From Octopus vulgaris (taxonomy: Eukaryota), in assembly GCA_951406725.2 (NCBI GenBank), contig OX597814.1, positions 205,468,001 through 205,532,000 on the forward strand: a stretch of 64,000 nucleotides of DNA. Reading direction: 5' to 3'. The notes below the pieces were generated by a model. The model ran no database searches. It saw nothing but the letters and a program-made list of their open reading frames with translations, and had not been told where the DNA came from. Made by a program: the position numbers and the translations under genes. Positions 13,229 to 26,629 of the stretch are shown here, piece after piece. Positions within the stretch are counted from its first letter, which is position 1. Every line of letters begins with the position of its first letter.

Positions 13229-14998
13229 TGGCCAACATGGTTCTGAATGTAAGGGCAGTTGCTTATCATGCTCCAGTGAAAGCTCTTCCATTACACATTT
13301 AAAGTTTGGAGAAACACATTGGAACAGAAGTGGATTCCTTCGTTGTATTTTCTCTGAAAACTTTCTCTCAGCAGAAGTCATCCGCTTCCTCTCAGAAATT
13401 TTCACTGACTGAACTGGTGTATTTCTACTGGAATAAATTTTGGGATTTCTAATTTTCTTTTCTTTATCTCTAGTCTTGAGTATCTTGTTTCTGTCTATAG
13501 GAACATTGATTATTGTTAAGGGAGAAGCAAGAGAAGATGAGAAGCTAGATGCTGAGTTCATCTTTTGGCAACTCAATAATAATCTTGGTCTTTTCTGACA
13601 CAACACATCCCTCTCTGGGGCCCCATCAGATGGAACTTTTGAGTCAAAGGATTCAATGGAATTTGAACCTGATCCAAAAATATCATCTGATTCAAAACTT
13701 TCCCTAGATTTTTTCTCTATTGACCCTAAACACAATTTATTTCTTGGTAGAGTGACATTGGGTATTTCACTACATCCTTTATTAATTCTTTCCTTTGAAT
13801 TAACTATCTGAGTGGATGTATTTGGATTTATGTTAAATATTTCTTGATCTACATTATATGATTCCAGTACCTCTCTATAGTTATCACAAGATTTGACTCC
13901 TCCTCTATTCACAACATTCACTTCAAAATTATTATCACATATCTTCATCTCTTCAGTACTTGATTCACAAGGTTTCTTATATTCTGACTGACTATTAATC
14001 TCAGAGATTTTTTCATTGTCAGAAGTTTTTGTTATATCACAGACATCATTCATTCTGTTGTCAAGAGTTGTCAAAAATTGCCGTTGTTGCAGACTTATCT
14101 GTTTGTTATAAGAATCGTCAAACTTCATGAAACATCTTTGCGCTTCTTCAATTTCTTCATGGATACTTTTTTGTTTGTAAAATATTCCTTTATCTTCCAT
14201 AAACTTCTGATCAATTGGACAATTTTCTTCAAAATCTGATGTCTGTTCAATTAAGATATTTTTAAAATTTCGGTTTTGGTTATTGAATTTCTCAGCTTCA
14301 GAACATTTTTTTTGTGCTGAGAACTGCTCTAAAGGTTGACTTCTGCCAATATCATTACAAAAAGAATCAGTTTTATTTCCTTCTATAGAATTTTCATGGC
14401 AATTCTTTATATTTCCTTGTTGTTTACTATCCTCATTATTGTCAATGACAGTTTCTATAGAATCTTGCATTGTCAGTGAATCAAAGTCAAATCTTTTCAA
14501 ACCATTCCTTTGTAACTTTGGTTTCTGTGATGTATAACAGATTCTGAGAAATCTTTCTGGTATCTTAGTAGCTGCATAGAACCCAACATTTGAGAACATT
14601 TCTTCCGTACTAATACTCATGGCATTACTCTTTGACTGAGAAATCAATGACAGATCATCTTTTATTCTTGATTCTCCAGGATTTCTTTGCTGGTTGCAAT
14701 TATCAAAGCTTTCAATGCTCTCATTAAATATGTCATCTTTTATAGAATTTCCAAAAAGGCTACTGGAGGGTGAGCTACATAATGAACTGGTTGACTCTTC
14801 CACATAGTTTCTTCGGAATGCTGAATTCAATATATTGTCATATCTCTGAAAATAGTTCTCTTCACTTACTGAGCTCTCAGTGGAACTAGAAATGGAACTG
14901 GCTGAATTATCATCATAATTAGAGGTTAATGAATATTTACGATCATCTGTTGCATATTTCTCATCAGAAGGTTTAAGAGGAAATCCTGTTGAAGACAT
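12365..14998 (-). CDS. 877-aa Ser/Asn/Glu/Lys-rich, probably disordered ORF (giant exon or separate intronless gene)
   Basis: 2.6-kb stop-free frame in AT-rich DNA, non-repeat sequence, in-frame (AAT)n poly-Asn; no recognisable domain. Confidence 0.85.
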
Positions 14999-15134
14999 TT
15001 TAAAGGTTTCTTTTTCAAGGTAATAATTTCAATAATTTCCAGTCTTCTTTGATAAAAGAATATTCCAAAAGGAGAGATTAAATGGTAACTTCCATCAAGA
15101 TGGGAACTGGTGTTCAGTCAGTGAGGAAAAAATG

Positions 15135-15490
15135 TTAACCCTTTTGTCGAAAATACACTGCATTAGTTTCAAATAATTCAGAAAATAATGAAGAATTTAT
15201 TCAAATATTTCATTTTCGTATTTGGTTTGTAAGATTGTTGGCATGAAATCATGTGCTGAAACAGATTTTGTTATACATTTGGAGGATCATTTTGCTAATG
15301 ATCACTACATACACTGGTTCAATTTCATTTCTTTCATTATTAAAATAACTTTCTCATTAATGAAGCTGGTGTTTGAAACAAATTAAAATGAAATTTTGAT
15401 GGATGGTTTTAATTTAGATCATTTCGAAATGGAATGTTTGCATCAAAGAATCAAGGGGTAGTCTCAGCTCAGTTGGCATCAAAAGGGTTA
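15135..15490. mobile_element. piggyBac-like MITE
   Basis: TTAA-CCCTTTT ... AAAAGGG-TTA termini; related sequence at ~15690-15922 and 58530-59168. Confidence 0.55.
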
Positions 15491-16898
15491 TACCATTTCT
15501 TTAATAAGAGATTCTTTATAAATAATTCTATTTTTCTTTTCAAAGAAGCATCAATCTTTAGAATGAATTATTATGCTTAATTTTTGAAATATTAATTATT
15601 GTAGTTTTACTGATATTTCATATATAAAATGAATTCCAGCAGAAAAGTTTCAAAAGACTTAATTTGTTTGATTAAAATAAGGATTCTTTCCTGGCTAAAG
15701 TTCTAATATTATTCTAATGAAATACATTATGTGTTTTAATTAAACTTGAAAATAATCAACAATTTGATGGAATTTAGTAAAATGGCTTTTTCATCATAAG
15801 ACCATTGTTTGGAATATAGCAAAACCTTTCAAAATAAAATTAGGATGGATGGTTTGATTTAAAGCATTTCTGTATTAAAGAACTAAAGGTAGTCTCAGGT
15901 AGGTTAGCATTAAAAGGGGCTAACCATTTTGTTGAGAAAATGCAAATTCTGATTTATTCTTCACGGAATGTTGCCAATATTTTATAATGTGTCGAAAAAT
16001 AAATTGGGACATTATAGTAAAAGCTCACATTTCAAGGTAATGTGACTTAGATATTTGTCCTCTGTTCCGTATCAGTAGACATAACTGAATATTTCATTGT
16101 ATATTGTGTTAAACGATGCCAATGTATAATAGGTTAGTTGTATAATTAAGAAGATTCTCAATGTTTTACTGTTTCAGTTTCAGTTTTGACAGTCTGATGT
16201 CAATTAGTGACAATTAATGATACGGAGCTGGAAGTGGTGTGAAATCATTAGAATTGCAAACTCATTAGCTATGTTAATGAGTATATCTCCAATCTACTAT
16301 ATATTAGCATCACCTCACTGGATTTGGTGCTTGTGAACACATACAGCATTAAATGCTTTTTTGTTTTTTCAGCGAAAGAGTGAGTTGTTGTCTCACCTCT
16401 GATCAACCCTTGATCCAGCAGACTTATGATCAGAGACATTCCAGCCAGGACCATCCCATCTTTCCAGACATAACTTTATCTGATACTACACTATCCAATA
16501 TGTCTCCTTTACTTTTTTTAAGGTAGCAGATATTATTTGGGAGAGGTTGTTATATCTAGCATGTCAAGCAACCTTATATAGACTTTCTCAGTGACTTGAG
16601 AGCAATACTGTTGTTGTTGCTTTTGTTGTTGTTGTTGTTGTTGTTGCTACTGCTACTGCTGCTGTTATTGTTGATGTAGTGTAGGTAGGATCTGAAAGAG
16701 ATTTATTTGCTATATCTAGCAAATTGAGTGAACATCTAGTGGCTCTCTCATTGTCTTGTGAAAGACTTTGTTATTGGAATAGGAATCATTTGAAAGAAAA
16801 TCTATATATTTTTTCTTGTGTGAAAGACATTTCTGTATATCTTAATTAAAAATTACATATGTACTTGTTGTCATTAATGATCTTCAGTGTGTTAGTAA

Positions 16899-16943
16899 TT
16901 AATATTCCAATACTGAAAGCAAGCCATCTTCATCTGTTGTTTT
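16899..16943 (-). CDS. Possible terminal or UTR exon (KTTDEDGLLSVLEY*)
   Basis: Strong acceptor ctgttttttttttgttccag followed by a short phase-0 frame to a stop. Confidence 0.3.
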   Translation of the reverse strand, partial: KTTDEDGLLSVLEY

Positions 16944-17199
16944 CTGGAACAAAAAAAAACAGATTCTAAATTTATATGTGAGGAGATTTATGTTAGATAT
17001 GAAAGCAGAAAAAAAGTACCCTATTTTTCAAAATAGCAGACACATTTTTCTTGCAATTTTTTCTTGGAAATTACAATTAGAGGTTGCTATAGGGTGGGGC
17101 AGAGAGGACAGACGTTTTTGAAATGGATATTACTCGGCCCCAGTAGGAGGGGCATATGTCTGACAAGTACTGTTCAGTTGGTGGTGTCTTAGCATGTTT

Positions 17200-17803
17200 G
17201 GTCATGGAACTGTGGATGATAGAGCATCGTGTGTTTGCCTACAACAATTATGTGAAGAATGATGAGTCTGTCACAACAGTTCAGCATGAGTTTTGGCACC
17301 ACTTCAGCAGTCACCAAAATCAGGCTGTTTCCATCTGTAACACAGTCTTACGTTGGGTAAGTGCCCATCATACACGTGGTACACTGATGAACAGGAGACT
17401 TGTTGGGCTCCATGAATGGTACAGACCCCAGAAAATGTGGAACACATCAGACAAGCTTTGATATGGAGCCAAAATTGCTTTGCTTGGAGGCATTCCACTG
17501 AACTCGGCATCAATAATAAGGCATATTTTGCATGAAGACCTACATTTCCACCTGTACAAATTGGGCATTGGGCAACAATTGAAATCATGGTACTAAGCAC
17601 AGTGGCTTAACTTCGCACATCAAATGGAAGCAATTTTTGAGGCAAATGACAACCTAATTTTGTTAACGAGTGATGAAGCTCATTTTCATCTCAATGGCAT
17701 GGTGAATCAACAGAACTGTCATTATTGAGCTCTTGAAAATCTGAGAAGACTGCATGAAAGACCACTGCACAGCTCAAAGGTGATGGTCTTGTGTGCTGTT
17801 GGA
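17200..17803 (+). mobile_element. Degraded Tc1/mariner-superfamily transposase (DUF4817-type N-terminus)
   Basis: EHRVFAY..VKN.ESVTTVQ.EF, ILHEDLHFH, SDEAHFHLNG.VNQQN, ERPLHS.KV motifs with stops and frameshifts. Confidence 0.8.
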
Positions 17804-17809
17804 ATCAAT

Positions 17810-18060
17810 GTGCAAGTGGCTGAGCACTCCACAGACATATGTACTCTTAATGTAGTTTTCAGGGAGATTCAGCTTGATGCACAATGAAGCAAGTATGACC
17901 CTTTGAATTACAGGTACTACTCATTTTTGCCAGCTGAGTGTTCTGGAGCAATGTGAAATAAAGTGTCTTGCTCAAGGACAGAATGCATTGCCAGGAATCA
18001 AATTCGTGACCTTAGGATCATGAGTGGAATACCCTAATCACTTAACCATGCACCTTCACA
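17810..18060 (-). mobile_element. tRNA-derived SINE (family of 26091-26433)
   Basis: tRNA-like head and cttgagcaagacactttatttcac core. Confidence 0.7.
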
Positions 18061-18881
18061 ACAATAATACCCAACAGCAAATCCCCAGGTATGTACCTAT
18101 TGTCTAGTGGTTTCATTCAAAGGTAAATAGGAACACTTCACTGGTTTACCTTCCAATTTTATCTGATCACAAGCATTTAACATATACCTGCCAGGTACTG
18201 CCTGATTGTGTGCATGAGGCTTTGGTGAATAAAAGAAGATTTTTCCTAGAATTACAATTTCCAAAATTTAGGTGCATCTCCTAGTCTGCAGCATCTACCA
18301 TGGTACCAAATATGGCAAATTATTGACAAAGATTATTGAAGAAAGGCTGAAATAATTTTGACTCACAACAGGTCTCATCTAATTTGTCTGAGAGAAATAC
18401 TTAACAGCCATTTACGAATGAGTGTCACCTGGCAACATGCACCATGCTTTTGCTCAATGTTTTAGGTACCATGAGCAGACATAGATACCTTCTTCACTCT
18501 CTCACCCCAGATCCAGCAGAATCTCAAGGATGTGATACCTATAGTGGGAGAGAGTGCTATACCGTACCTGGTTGGTACCTGTTTTCAGATGAATTAACTA
18601 GAGTAACATGAAATAAAGTGCCTTCCCTATATATGTGTGTGTGTGTGTGTGTAAAACAATATTGACTTGAAACATAGTTCAAGTTCTACAAGCAAAACAA
18701 CCAATGAACTCCTTCATACAACACAACAGAATTTATACAAAAAAAAATTTTTTTTCCAAAGATTTTAATCATATCTTCTACTATAGCCTCAGGTCAACCA
18801 AAGCCTTGTGAGTGGATTTAGTAGACAGAAATTAAAGAAGCCCATCGTATATATATATCTCACTAAGATAAATATTTCAAT

Positions 18882-18946
18882 CACCTGAAGATTGACTGTA
18901 ACTCGAATTTTTACGAATTGGACAGCCATGAAACGATCGTAGTGTT
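18882..18946 (+). ncRNA. Penelope-type type I hammerhead ribozyme motif (degenerate copy)
   Basis: cac-CTGAAGA-stem II-GAAAC-GATC-GTA-gtg. Confidence 0.6.
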
Positions 18947-18949
18947 ATA

Positions 18950-19347
18950 CTCATTATACTCTTTACTCTTTACTCTTTTACTTGTTTAAGTCATTTGACT
19001 GCGGCCATAAGACCCCGGAACTTATTCTTTGTAAGCCCAGTACTTATTCTATCGGTCTCTTTTGCCGAACTGCTAAGTGGCGGGGACGTAGACACACCAG
19101 CATCGGTTGTCAAGCAATGCTAGGGGGACAAACACAGACACACAAACACACACACACACACATATATATATATACATATATACGACAGGCTTCTTTCAGT
19201 TTCCGTCTACCAAATCCACTCACAAGGCATTGGTCGGCCCGGGGCTATAGCAGAAGACACTTGCCCAAGATGCCATGCAGTGGGACTGAACCCGCAACCA
19301 TGTGGTTGGTAAGCAAGCTACTTACCACACAGCCACTCCTGCGCCTA
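18950..19347 (-). mobile_element. tRNA-derived SINE (major family) inserted into a Penelope pLTR
   Basis: Reverse complement of 45457-45900; pLTR sequence resumes at ~19348-19470. Confidence 0.9.
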
Positions 19348-19733
19348 TTATCTTTTTTTAATAATTTTGATATATATTTAAAATAATATAAATTAATTAA
19401 TCTTATGTATTGGCTTAAGTTTTACATTGTATGATTTGCCTAATAGTGGTTTTATCTCTAATTTAATATAATATATATACACACATATATATTTGTGCAT
19501 GTCTCTGTGTTTGTCCCTCCACCTTCGCTTGACAACCAATGTTGTTGTGTTTATGTCCCCGGAACTTAGTGGTTCAGCAAAAGAGACCAGTAGAATAAAT
19601 ACCAGGCTTACAAAGAATAAGTTCTGGGGTTGATTTGTTTGACTAAAGGTGGTATTCCAGTATGGCTGCTGTCAAATGACTGAAACAAGTAAAAGAATAA
19701 AAGAATTATATATATATATATATACATATATAT

Positions 19734-19905
19734 CTGGGTCTTCCTTTCTCTGGATCTTTCCTTCTCCTATGTTTCCGATGAAGAGCTCCGCACGAAACGT
19801 TAAACCCTCCTTCTTTCCTTCATTCCTGAGCGTCCAATAATACTATATTTGTTCCACATCCTCACGTTGTTGTGTTTTTTGTGCTTTCTTGTTTGGATTA
19901 ACTTT
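19734..19905 (+). mobile_element. Short pLTR-like repeat with minimal hammerhead (19771-19805)
   Basis: gttt-CCGATGA-agagctccgcac-GAAACGTTA-aac; homologous to 44724-44930; TA-flanked. Confidence 0.6.
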
Positions 19906-19963
19906 ATATATATATATATTCTTTTATTCTTTTACTTGTTTCAGTCATATACTTGTTTCAGTC

Positions 19964-19998
<35 letters not shown>

Positions 19999-19999
19999 T

Positions 20000-20253
20000 T
20001 GGCACTTGTGCCAGTGGTGCATGTAAAAACATTCGAGTGAGGTCATTGCCAGTACCGCCTGACTGGCCCCTGTGCTGGTGGCACGTAAAAGCACCCACTA
20101 CACTCTCGGAGTGGTTGGTGTTAGGAAGGGCATCCAGCTGTAAAAACTCTGCCAGATCAAGATTGGAGCATGGTGCAGCCATCTGGTTTGCCAGTTCTCA
20201 GTCAAATCATCCAACCCATGCTAGCATGGAAAGCGGACGTTAAATGATGATGA
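20000..20253 (+). mobile_element. Truncated RTE 3' end
   Basis: ggcacgtaaaagcacc repeat, conserved tail and (gat)n. Confidence 0.85.
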
Positions 20254-20681
20254 TTTATATACGAGTAATGTTCATAGCCACTTCAACATGGCTGTCTGTT
20301 TGAATGGACCTTACTATGATTTTTTAACCCTCTAGCTGGTTAACGATGCATTTGTGCATCCAAGATATATGTGAATGTTTGTATGTAAGATGTGAGCGTA
20401 TGCCAGTGTAAATAGGTGTAGATATGTGTGTGTGTGTATATACACACACACATATCTACACATCAGGAATCTTGCAAAATGAATTGATATATATGTAAGT
20501 GCCTGAAATGGTTGTGATTTCTGGAACTTGACTGAAGAAAGAAAGCCACGAATAACACGTCTTTTTTGCCTGTCCTTCTAATTGTTGTTTCTTTTGTCTG
20601 CCTTAGTGTTGTCTATCTGTTCAAATGCTTTAATGTCCTCTATTGTGTTTTTGTCCCATTTTTATATTTATATACATATAC

Positions 20682-20740
<59 letters not shown>

Positions 20741-20743
<3 letters not shown>

Positions 20744-21333
20744 TCATCATCATCATTTAGCATCCGCTTTTCATGCTAGCATGGGTTGGACAGTTCAACT
20801 GGGGTCTGGAAAGCCAGGAGGCTGTGCCAGGCCCAGTCTGATCTGGCAGTGTTTCTACAGCTGGATGCCCTTCCTAACGCCAACCACTCCATGAGTGTAG
20901 TGGGTACTTTTTACGTGCCACCTGCACAGGTGCCAGACGAGGCTGGCAAATGGCCGCGATCGGATGGTGCTTTTTACATGCCACTGGCGTGGGGGCCAGA
21001 CGGGGCTGGCAATGGCCACAATCGGATGGTGCTTTTTCATGTGCCACCGGCACGGAGGCTAGTTGGGGCGGCGCAGGCAACGGCTACGTTCGGATGGTTC
21101 TCTTATGTGCCACCGGCACTGGTATCACAGCTACAATTTCCATTGATGTTGATCAATTTCGATTTTTGTTACTCACGGAGTGGTTGGCATTAGGAAGGGC
21201 ATCCAGCTGTAGAAACACTGCCAGATTTGACTGGGCCTGATGAAGCCTTCTGGCTTCCCAGACCACAGTAGAACCATCCAACCCATGCTAGCATGGAAAA
21301 CAGACGCTAAACGATGATGATGATGATGATGAT
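20741..21333. mobile_element. Two RTE 3' ends joined head-to-head
   Basis: Minus copy ~20741-21163 with (cat)n tail; plus copy ~21170-21333 with (gat)n tail. Confidence 0.85.
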
Positions 21334-21874
21334 ATATATATATATATTATATATTATTATATATTATTAATACATATTATATATTATTAAATACATATCC
21401 TAATGTACATGTTTTGTGTATTATCTGGTGGCTGCAATAGCATTGCAGAGTATATAATCTCTTATTGTCACCAGTGTTACAACAACTTAGTCAAGCACAG
21501 GCGAGATAACTCACCCTCAATTCCATTTGGGAGTAATAAACATTGATGTTTCATCATTTTCATGGCTTGTCAGCATCACGCACCCTCTTGTGTTGAAGGC
21601 AAATCACCTAGCCAGTCCATGACTTATATGCTCATGGCTTGCAAAATCATGAGCTGTTATTGCCTGGAAATAACATACCTAACAGAACATGCAGCTCAGT
21701 CTTGGAATTGAACTCAGTACCTCATGTTCTTCCTGAGTGAAGAATGTACAGCCCAACACAAATTAGACTTAAGACTAGAAGGATTCAAAGACACAAACTG
21801 GTCTGGAAAAGGACAACATGGCAGCTTAAAGATCCAGTCAGAATTTTAGAGAAGTACTAGATGAAGCATTTGAC

Positions 21875-23900
21875 AACCACTCCGAGAGTGTAGTGGGTGC
21901 TTTTACGTGCCACCAGCATGAGGGCCAGTCAGGTGGTACTGGCAACGGCCATGCTTAAATGGTGTTTATTACGTGCCACCTCCACAGGAGCCAGTCCAGC
22001 AGCACTGCCAATGACTTTGCTCGAATATTTTTCACATGCCACCAGCACAAATGCCAGTAAGGCGACGCTGGTACCGATCCCGCTCTAATGGTGCCTTTTA
22101 CGTGCCACTGGCATGGAAGCCAGTCAGCTGCTCTGGCAACGATCACACTTGGATGGTGCTCTTAGCGCTCCACTAGCATGGATGCCAGTCATCGAATTTG
22201 ATTTTGATTTCGATTTCAATTGCCTCAACAGGTCTTCGCAAGCAGAGTTTAGTGTCCAATGAAGGAAAGGTACGCGTAAATGGGCTGGTTACACCCCTGG
22301 CATAGGCCATGGGTTATGGTCTCACTTGGCTTGCCAGGTCTTCTCAAGCACAGCATATTTCCAAAGGTCAAAAGAGAAGAGAATGATTTGGAAAAGCATG
22401 AAGAATGGGAGGAGTAGTGATTTATATCTGGTAGCTACAGGGGAAGCTAAATGGCACGTTTACTTAGCAAAGGGAGAAGCAGAAAGTAAGAGGTTTGCCA
22501 ATGTTCTACTTTGTAACTATCAGAGGTATGAAATGTTCCAAATTTTAAGGTAGTTTATCAGAGAGAATAGAGATGTGGGTGAGAAGTGTGCATGGATGGA
22601 TAATGGCACATTTGCACTAAGTGATGAAAAGTTATTAAATGTAGAGAATGTATGAGAGAAAGAGAATTTTTCCAACATGAATCCAATGGAAGGATCAGCC
22701 ATTCTTGTACATATGAACACTTAAGATATGAAAGCAGGGAGAGCTTTCATAGAAATTACCACCGAGATGCTTAAAATATCTGGTAGAGTAGGATATGTCC
22801 TACTCACCCATATAATTAATGAGGTTGTACAAAAAGGTGACAAACCTAATGTCTGGCATAGCTACCTTTATAGTCAACTGGGTAAAGGTGATACCTTAGA
22901 GAGAGGCAGTTATAAGGGTATCAAATTGCAGTACCAACTCTTGAAAGTTACAGAAAAAATTATTGCTCAATTAATTAGAAAGAGGAATTGCCTAGATGCG
23001 ATTCAGTTTGGTTTTGTGCCAGTGAAAGGTACTACAGATGCTTTCCATTTAGTAAGACAACTGCAGAAGTACTTGGCTAAAAGTAAGACACTGTACTTAG
23101 CCTTCATCAAACTGTTGAAAGCCTGTGATAGAGTCTCTTGTTCTATGATCTGATGGTCACTGGGGGAGCTAGTTGTGAACAGAGACATACAAGCCATTTT
23201 TCTGAGGAGTTTTCAGTGAGGTGGGAGTTAGCAAAGAATACTACAATGAATTCAGCATACAGATAGATGTTTATCAGGTCCTGGTTCTTAGCCCCATTCT
23301 ATTCGTCATAGACCTCCAAGCCATAACTGAGGAATTAAAAACCAGCTTTCCTTTAGAAATCCTATGTGATGATGACCTCATTCTTGTAGCTGAACCTGTT
23401 GTAAAATTAAAAAAAGAAATTTCTGATATGGAAGCAAAAACCAGATTGAAAGGGCCCCAAAGTTTCCGTAGCAAAGACCAAAGTAAGTAGGAAAGCAGAC
23501 AGATTCTGCTTTCATCAGGAAAATAGCCTTGCTTGATATGTAGAAAAGGAGTAGGTAGAAGTTCCATATGTACCCAGCACAAACTATAGACATATAAGAG
23601 ATACAGTAGTATCATAGGAAGGTTAACAGATAAAATGGACTTTGTATATGGGATATATGCAGAAGCAATAAACAGTAAGAATGCACAGGTAACAAATTTT
23701 CTCAAATTCCTAGGAGAATCTCTAGAGGTTGGAGATAGCTTTTGTTATTTAGGTGATCTAATTAGTAGTGGAGAAAGACGTTCTGAGAGTATAGTAGCCA
23801 AATCAAAGATTTCTCTCTCAGAGCAAAAGGTAGACTGTATGATATTTGCGTATGAAATGTAATGTTATCATGTTAGTGAGATGTAGGCCCTGAATACAGA
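21875..23900. mobile_element. Degraded RTE LINE: minus-strand 3'UTR (21875-22365) abutting plus-strand ORF2 remnant (22365-23900)
   Basis: QFGFVPVKGTTDA, LSPILF, DDDL, PCLICRKGVGR and DSFCYLGD match ORF 55440-57659. Confidence 0.85.
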
Positions 23901-24099
23901 AAACTTGGAAACTAAAAAGAAATGAAGCAGCACCTAGCCCATTTGAGAAAGGAGAAAGGTATAGGCACAAGGGTTAGCAGTTTTGCACTATCAATTTTCT
24001 TCATTGTTACTGGAACAACAACAAGGAACATATGAAACCTGTCCTGATAAGAGGAGGTACTCCTCAGAGATGACATGAAGCAATCTAGTGAAAGCCAAA

Positions 24100-24460
24100 A
24101 AAAAAACGATATAATGTAGAACATCCCTCTCTCATCGAGGACAACCAAACAGCTGTGAACATGGAATGTCATATATTCAAAACCAGAAAACAGCCCAGAT
24201 TGTCACTGAGATGAAGCTCTACAATCTCACCATATTAGGCTTTTGTGAAGCAACGTGGTTGAAGTCAGGGCAGATGTTCCTGGCTACAGGGTAAACTCTG
24301 CTCCACTCAGAGCATGTAAAGGACACATTGAAGGATAGAGAAATACAGAAGACCAAAAAGAACATGGAGTAGTCCATGGAAATCGAAGCATTGGCTAGTG
24401 ATGATATCTGGGTACAACTGCAATTCATTGCCAAACATTGAGACAGGTTGGGATCTCACA
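24100..24460 (+). mobile_element. Old RTE-like APE endonuclease and C-terminal fragments
   Basis: YNLTILGFCEATWLKSGQ resembles the APE motif (I.GI.E.RW.G.G). Confidence 0.5.
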
Positions 24461-24699
24461 CATAATTATTTATCAACATAGACATGACTTAAAGATTTAT
24501 ATATTGCCTAAAAATCTGTGTATATATTAAAGATCCTAATATTAAATATTAGTTTCAAACAAATTTGTGAGACAACATTTCAAATTTGGTGAAGGAATAT
24601 CCTTTATTAAATCTGCCCAAGTATTTGTCTATTATATCGACATAAAGTGCAATATCTCTTGGACTCATGGCCACTACATCACCCTTCAAAGGCTATGTA

Positions 24700-25362
24700 T
24701 TTTCAATTCAAGAACAGGAGATTTTTAAGTAATACATAATAAATAAAAGAGGGTCCAAGATGCAATTAAAAATGTAGATTATGTCATGTTTCTGTGGAAT
24801 ACATCACATGTGATTAGCAGCTGCCCAAAAATGTTATCAAGGTACTACTCCCCTACATGATAGATGTTGTTACTTAAGCAATATACAATGCCATTTGGGA
24901 AAAAGACACATCTGGAATAAATATAGAGAATCCACCTGTTATTGAATACCTACACAAACATCAACACAAGGAACACTGCTGAAACATTCCTATCAAAACA
25001 TCTGTCAAGTGTAAACATAACAAGCCAGATATTGTTGTTTGGGACAGACAAGAAAAAGTATGTATCGTCATAGAGGTTAGCTGTCCTGCTGATGTGAGTA
25101 TCTCATTGAAAATCAAAGAGAAAGAGAATAACTATGAACAACTGATTTAAAACCTCCAGCTTCAATATTCAAATTATGAATTTACATTTATACTAATAAT
25201 AATTGGTGAATCTGGTTTTAGTGACAATCTGGACAAGGGTTTTCAGAAAAAGCCTAGGGTTTTAGAGAAAAGAAATCAACCAACTAGCTTGCTCATTACA
25301 AATACAATCTGTAAATGAAACAGTAAAAATATGCAAGACTTTTTTCTCAAGTTTAAAATGTG
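24700..25362 (+). mobile_element. R4/Dong-like RLE endonuclease region remnant
   Basis: HNKPDIVVWDR..VCIVIEVSCPAD (PD-(D/E)xK); related to 40560-40870 and 51540-51860. Confidence 0.8.
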
Positions 25363-26090
25363 ACATTATTTTTTGTTATCTACATTCCAACATTGGAGCT
25401 TTATATTTTTGCTAGATACAAGCCCGTTCCTCAGGGAAAAAATTTAAATAATTTAAAACAGAAGAGAACGAATGAATGAATATACATCAATTGATCGATC
25501 GATCGATCCATCCATCCATCCATCCATCTGTATGTATGTATGATAGGCTTCTTTCAGTTTCCATCTGCCAAATCCATTCACAAGGTTTTGTCCATCCAGG
25601 GCTATAGTAGAAAATACTTGCCCAAAGATCCACACTATGGGACTGAACCCAGAAGCAAGTGGTTAGGAAGCAAACTTCTGAACCACACAGCCGCATGCCT
25701 GTGCCTGTTATATATATAATGTGTATGTGTGTGTGTGAGAGAGAGAGAGAAAAAGAGAGCATGTGTGTTAGTGTTTTGACATTGCTTGATGGCTGTAAAT
25801 GAATGTCACCATCATACAAGCGGGGTCCACCATCTCCAATCTTCTGCATAAACATATCTGGCTATGTGGAAATATTACTTGGAAACCAGCAAGGGTTGGT
25901 GATAGGAAGAGCATCTAGTCTCAGAAAACCTGGCCACAGAAAACTTTGATGATAATTTTAATCCAGTGGTAGTTAATATAAGAAGAAACAGATATTTGAA
26001 CTAAATTTTTCTGTTCCTTAATATCTGGAAGTCAAAATTCAGATCTTCTGTTCTTTTTCTTTTCCTAAAATACTATATTTTTCCAGACTA

Positions 26091-26433
26091 AAGGGGTAAA
26101 GACCCCCTTCGGTCATGAATGACCATGGGATTGCACCTAGAAAGTTACCCTCCTAGACACAAGTCCAGGCAAGGTTGTTTATGGAAGACCAGCAGTCGCC
26201 CATGCATACCAGCCTCCCTCTCCACGCCACCAGTGTTATCCAAGGGAAAGACAAAGGTCGATACAGCTTGGCACCAGTGACGTCGCAACTCATTTCTACA
26301 GCTGAGTGAACTGGAGCAACGTGAAACAAAGTGCCTTGCTCAAGAACACAACACGCAGCCCGGTCCGGGATTCAAGCTCACAACCTCACGATCGTAAGCT
26401 CGATGCTCTAACCACTGAGCCATGTGCCTTCAC
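26091..26433 (-). mobile_element. Full-length tRNA-derived SINE with 12-bp TSD
   Basis: A/B-box head on the minus strand; TTTTCCAGACTA at 26079-26090 and 26434-26445. Confidence 0.9.
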
Positions 26434-26629
26434 TTTTCCAGACTACAGTATTTATATTGACATTGTGTTTTACTAGTTTTCATCTGTGATAAATATCAGG
26501 TGGCATTTATTTATTCCTGAATGTGCTCATAGTCAAGATTGGATTTGAATAAAGAACAACCTTTGTTTCTTAAAGAAGAAGAGTAACATTCTATCCACAA
26601 GCCCCCCCCACACACACACTATTGTATTG

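Noticed and set aside
20530-20575. ctgaaga..gaataacacgtc possible third hammerhead family
   Set aside because: GAAA box broken and stems not evident; too degenerate to call
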